Positions 62,369 to 64,000 of a DNA stretch of 64,000 nt are shown here, one piece after another. The stretch comes from Ignavibacteriota bacterium. GTDB taxonomy: Bacteria > Bacteroidota > Ignavibacteria > UBA10030. The position numbers were made by a program, and so were the translations under genes. The first letter of the stretch is position 1; each line of letters starts with the position of its first letter. Location of the stretch: NCBI GenBank assembly GCA_963727825.1, contig CAVSHO010000011.1, positions 352,001 to 416,000 of the forward strand, in the 5' to 3' direction. The notes beneath the pieces were generated by a model. That model did not search any database. It worked only from the letters and a program-made list of their open reading frames with translations, and was not told the origin of the DNA.

Positions 62369-62890
62369 CTAATTATAATTGACCGTTACACTTAAACCGG
62401 AAGTATTTTTGTAAGTATCGGCTGCTGTAGATGCAGGTATATTCAATGTAGCGCCAATATTTACTGTCTGAGTGCCTGCACTCAACTTACCTGTCGAAGC
62501 AGGATTACTAACAAATGCACCTACTGTCACACCATTAGTAGTACCATTAAGTACTATAGGTGAACTTGGTAACGATATAGTATACGTGTAACTTCCTGAG
62601 CCTGTAACAGCAAAAGAAGCGGCTGTAACCGTTCCTGCGGAAGCAGGAAGTGTTACACCACCATTGGGTGTGCGTGTACCATCAGTACTTAGAACGACTG
62701 TGCCTGATGCTGTTGTTGCAGCTATATTGCCAAAAACCATATCAACTGATTTAGTGATGCCTATAGGTGTTACAATAGTAACCGCTATGTTGGCTGTTGC
62801 AATTGCTTGAGCAAAAACATTTGCCGGGAATCCGATCAGTAAGAGAGCAAAATATTTAGTTATGCTTTTCATTTCGCGAACCCATATCAT
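62369..62890 (-). CDS. DUF4402-like secreted beta-sandwich protein (fimbrial-subunit-like)
   Basis: Signal peptide ending VFAQ; ATANIAVTIVTPI.ITK..DMVFG; IGATL; Y..VTVNYN terminus. Confidence 0.75.
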   Translation of the reverse strand: MIWVREMKSITKYFALLLIGFPANVFAQAIATANIAVTIVTPIGITKSVDMVFGNIAATTASGTVVLSTDGTRTPNGGVTLPASAGTVTAASFAVTGSGSYTYTISLPSSPIVLNGTTNGVTVGAFVSNPASTGKLSAGTQTVNIGATLNIPASTAADTYKNTSGLSVTVNYN

Positions 62891-62952
62891 TTAAATTTTA
62901 TTAGAAAAGCCCGACTAACGTGTCAGAGAAAAATCTTTTTATTCTCGTGGAT

Positions 62953-63112
62953 TTGTTCTAATAAGTGTTGTAATAGAATGCACAGGTGATGCTTTCTATT
63001 AAAAAAAATCGAATAGGGTTTTGACTAGTAGGAAGATACAAAATCGGTATGAAAAATGCAATCACGCAAATGCGTGTTTTTAAAAATATGTAAAGATTAT
63101 AAGGAAAAGCTG
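62953..63112. repeat. Copy B of ~160-bp imperfect direct repeat
   Basis: AATAGAATGCACAGGTGATGCTTTCTATT..GCAATCACGCAAATGCGTGTTTTTAAAAATATGTAAAGATTA. Confidence 0.85.
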
Positions 63113-63325
63113 AAAAAAGAGATCATCGGAGATAGTCTACCTTTTACTTCCTTGTTAGTTGTGATGGTCGTGTTTTTACTTCTCTCCAGTTAATGCCGGA
63201 AAGAATCATTCCCTTGTAGTATCGCTAAGTATGAACTCGTTGACTTTCAAACGGAGAGCTTTCTTTATTCTGTTTATGCAACAACACATTTTTATGTGTG
63301 TCAAGTTAAGTTTCTTGATTCATAA

Positions 63326-64000
63326 TCAGTCGTCCATGAAATCTCTTTTCTTTTCCCACTCCATTTGTCTTCTCAAGCTTGAAATATGTTTTTCAATCAA
63401 CTGTTTGTGTTCAAGAAGATCAGACTTATTGAAAATTAACAAGAGAGATTCAAAATAGTCAATCTCCTCTTTAAGAACGGGGACATGGCTTCCACTCCAT
63501 GACTTGATACTTGGTTCTAACGAAAGTTTCTCGAAATCCTTGAATCTTTTATTGAATGCAACAAAAAGAGTTATGTACCTTTTTCGTCTCTCCGGTTCAA
63601 ATGAGGCAATTACAAGAAAGATCAATTTCATTACTGCAGAATTTTGATTTTGCTTTTCTATAAGGTCTCCAATGAATTTGTCCTGCCTTTCCTTTATCAA
63701 CTCCATATCCCGTGCATCTTGTCGAAGTACAAAAAAAGTTTCTAGATACGAATCGAATATCATTTCCCTTCTTAGCTCAATCGCAAGGACACAATCCACG
63801 ATTCGAGTTATAACCTTTTCAAAGTCGTTTCGTCGCCACAAAAACGAATAATCATGTGAATCATCGTGTTTACTTAAACATTCCTTTTTATTGTACATCC
63901 AGTGTATATAATCAATCATTATACTGGAGTCGACATCAAGAATCTTGTTGATTGTCGTCCCGTTATAATCTGCATCTGGGTCCACTTCAAGCACACAGAA
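63326..64000 (-). CDS. C-terminal part of a large helical protein resembling AVAST type 4 (Avs4)-like STAND defence proteins; truncated by the window edge
   Basis: Frame open to position 64000. C-terminus SWSGSHVPVL..EIDYFESLL..LLEHK..IE..EKKRDF resembles Avs4-type C-termini as recalled; not verified by search. Confidence 0.55.
   Translation of the reverse strand, partial: FCVLEVDPDADYNGTTINKILDVDSSIMIDYIHWMYNKKECLSKHDDSHDYSFLWRRNDFEKVITRIVDCVLAIELRREMIFDSYLETFFVLRQDARDMELIKERQDKFIGDLIEKQNQNSAVMKLIFLVIASFEPERRKRYITLFVAFNKRFKDFEKLSLEPSIKSWSGSHVPVLKEEIDYFESLLLIFNKSDLLEHKQLIEKHISSLRRQMEWEKKRDFMDD

Noticed and set aside
1-64000. tRNA, rRNA, IS transposase, integrase or prophage genes
   Set aside because: None recognised by eye in intergenic regions or in the ORF track; tRNAscan-SE and ISEScan would be needed to exclude them formally

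Overview
64-kb chromosomal window, most likely from an Ignavibacteria-like (FCB/Bacteroidota-Chlorobi group) bacterium. This is inferred from a T9SS C-terminal domain of the LYQNYPNPFNPTT type, a Bacteroidota-type sdhCAB, the TPR/OMP/SPOR/TonB block and a GGGP synthase. In order, the window holds: an alpha/beta hydrolase and hemL; a type IV pilus assembly locus (pilC, pilB, pilT, pilM-N fusion, pilO, pilQ) ending in a 1203-aa Ig-repeat lipoprotein; a ~17-kb ygeW/ygeY/ssnA/hyuA/xdhABC purine-catabolism-type cluster with PreTA in place of YgfK; an Aas-like ligase and sdhCAB; an AT-rich three-gene secreted-protein island (SLT-domain protein with an internal in-frame TGA, a 74-aa-repeat protein and a stand-alone T9SS-CTD protein); housekeeping genes (HIT, icd, clpS, relBE-like, alaS, GGGPS, gmhA, wcaJ-like); TonB/SPOR/OMP/TPR genes; a DUF4402-like gene bracketed by a ~160-bp direct repeat; and the 3' end of an Avs4-like defence gene. 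The most striking unexplained structure is a set of short palindromic repeat families. Some bracket small nuclease-fold genes (GxxExxY, DUF559) inserted inside conserved operons. Some occur as empty doublets. One mini-palindrome appears to be nested inside the loops of others. Many single-base frameshifts (five in alaS) point to indel sequencing errors rather than real pseudogenes. All family calls come from motif recognition; no database searches were run.
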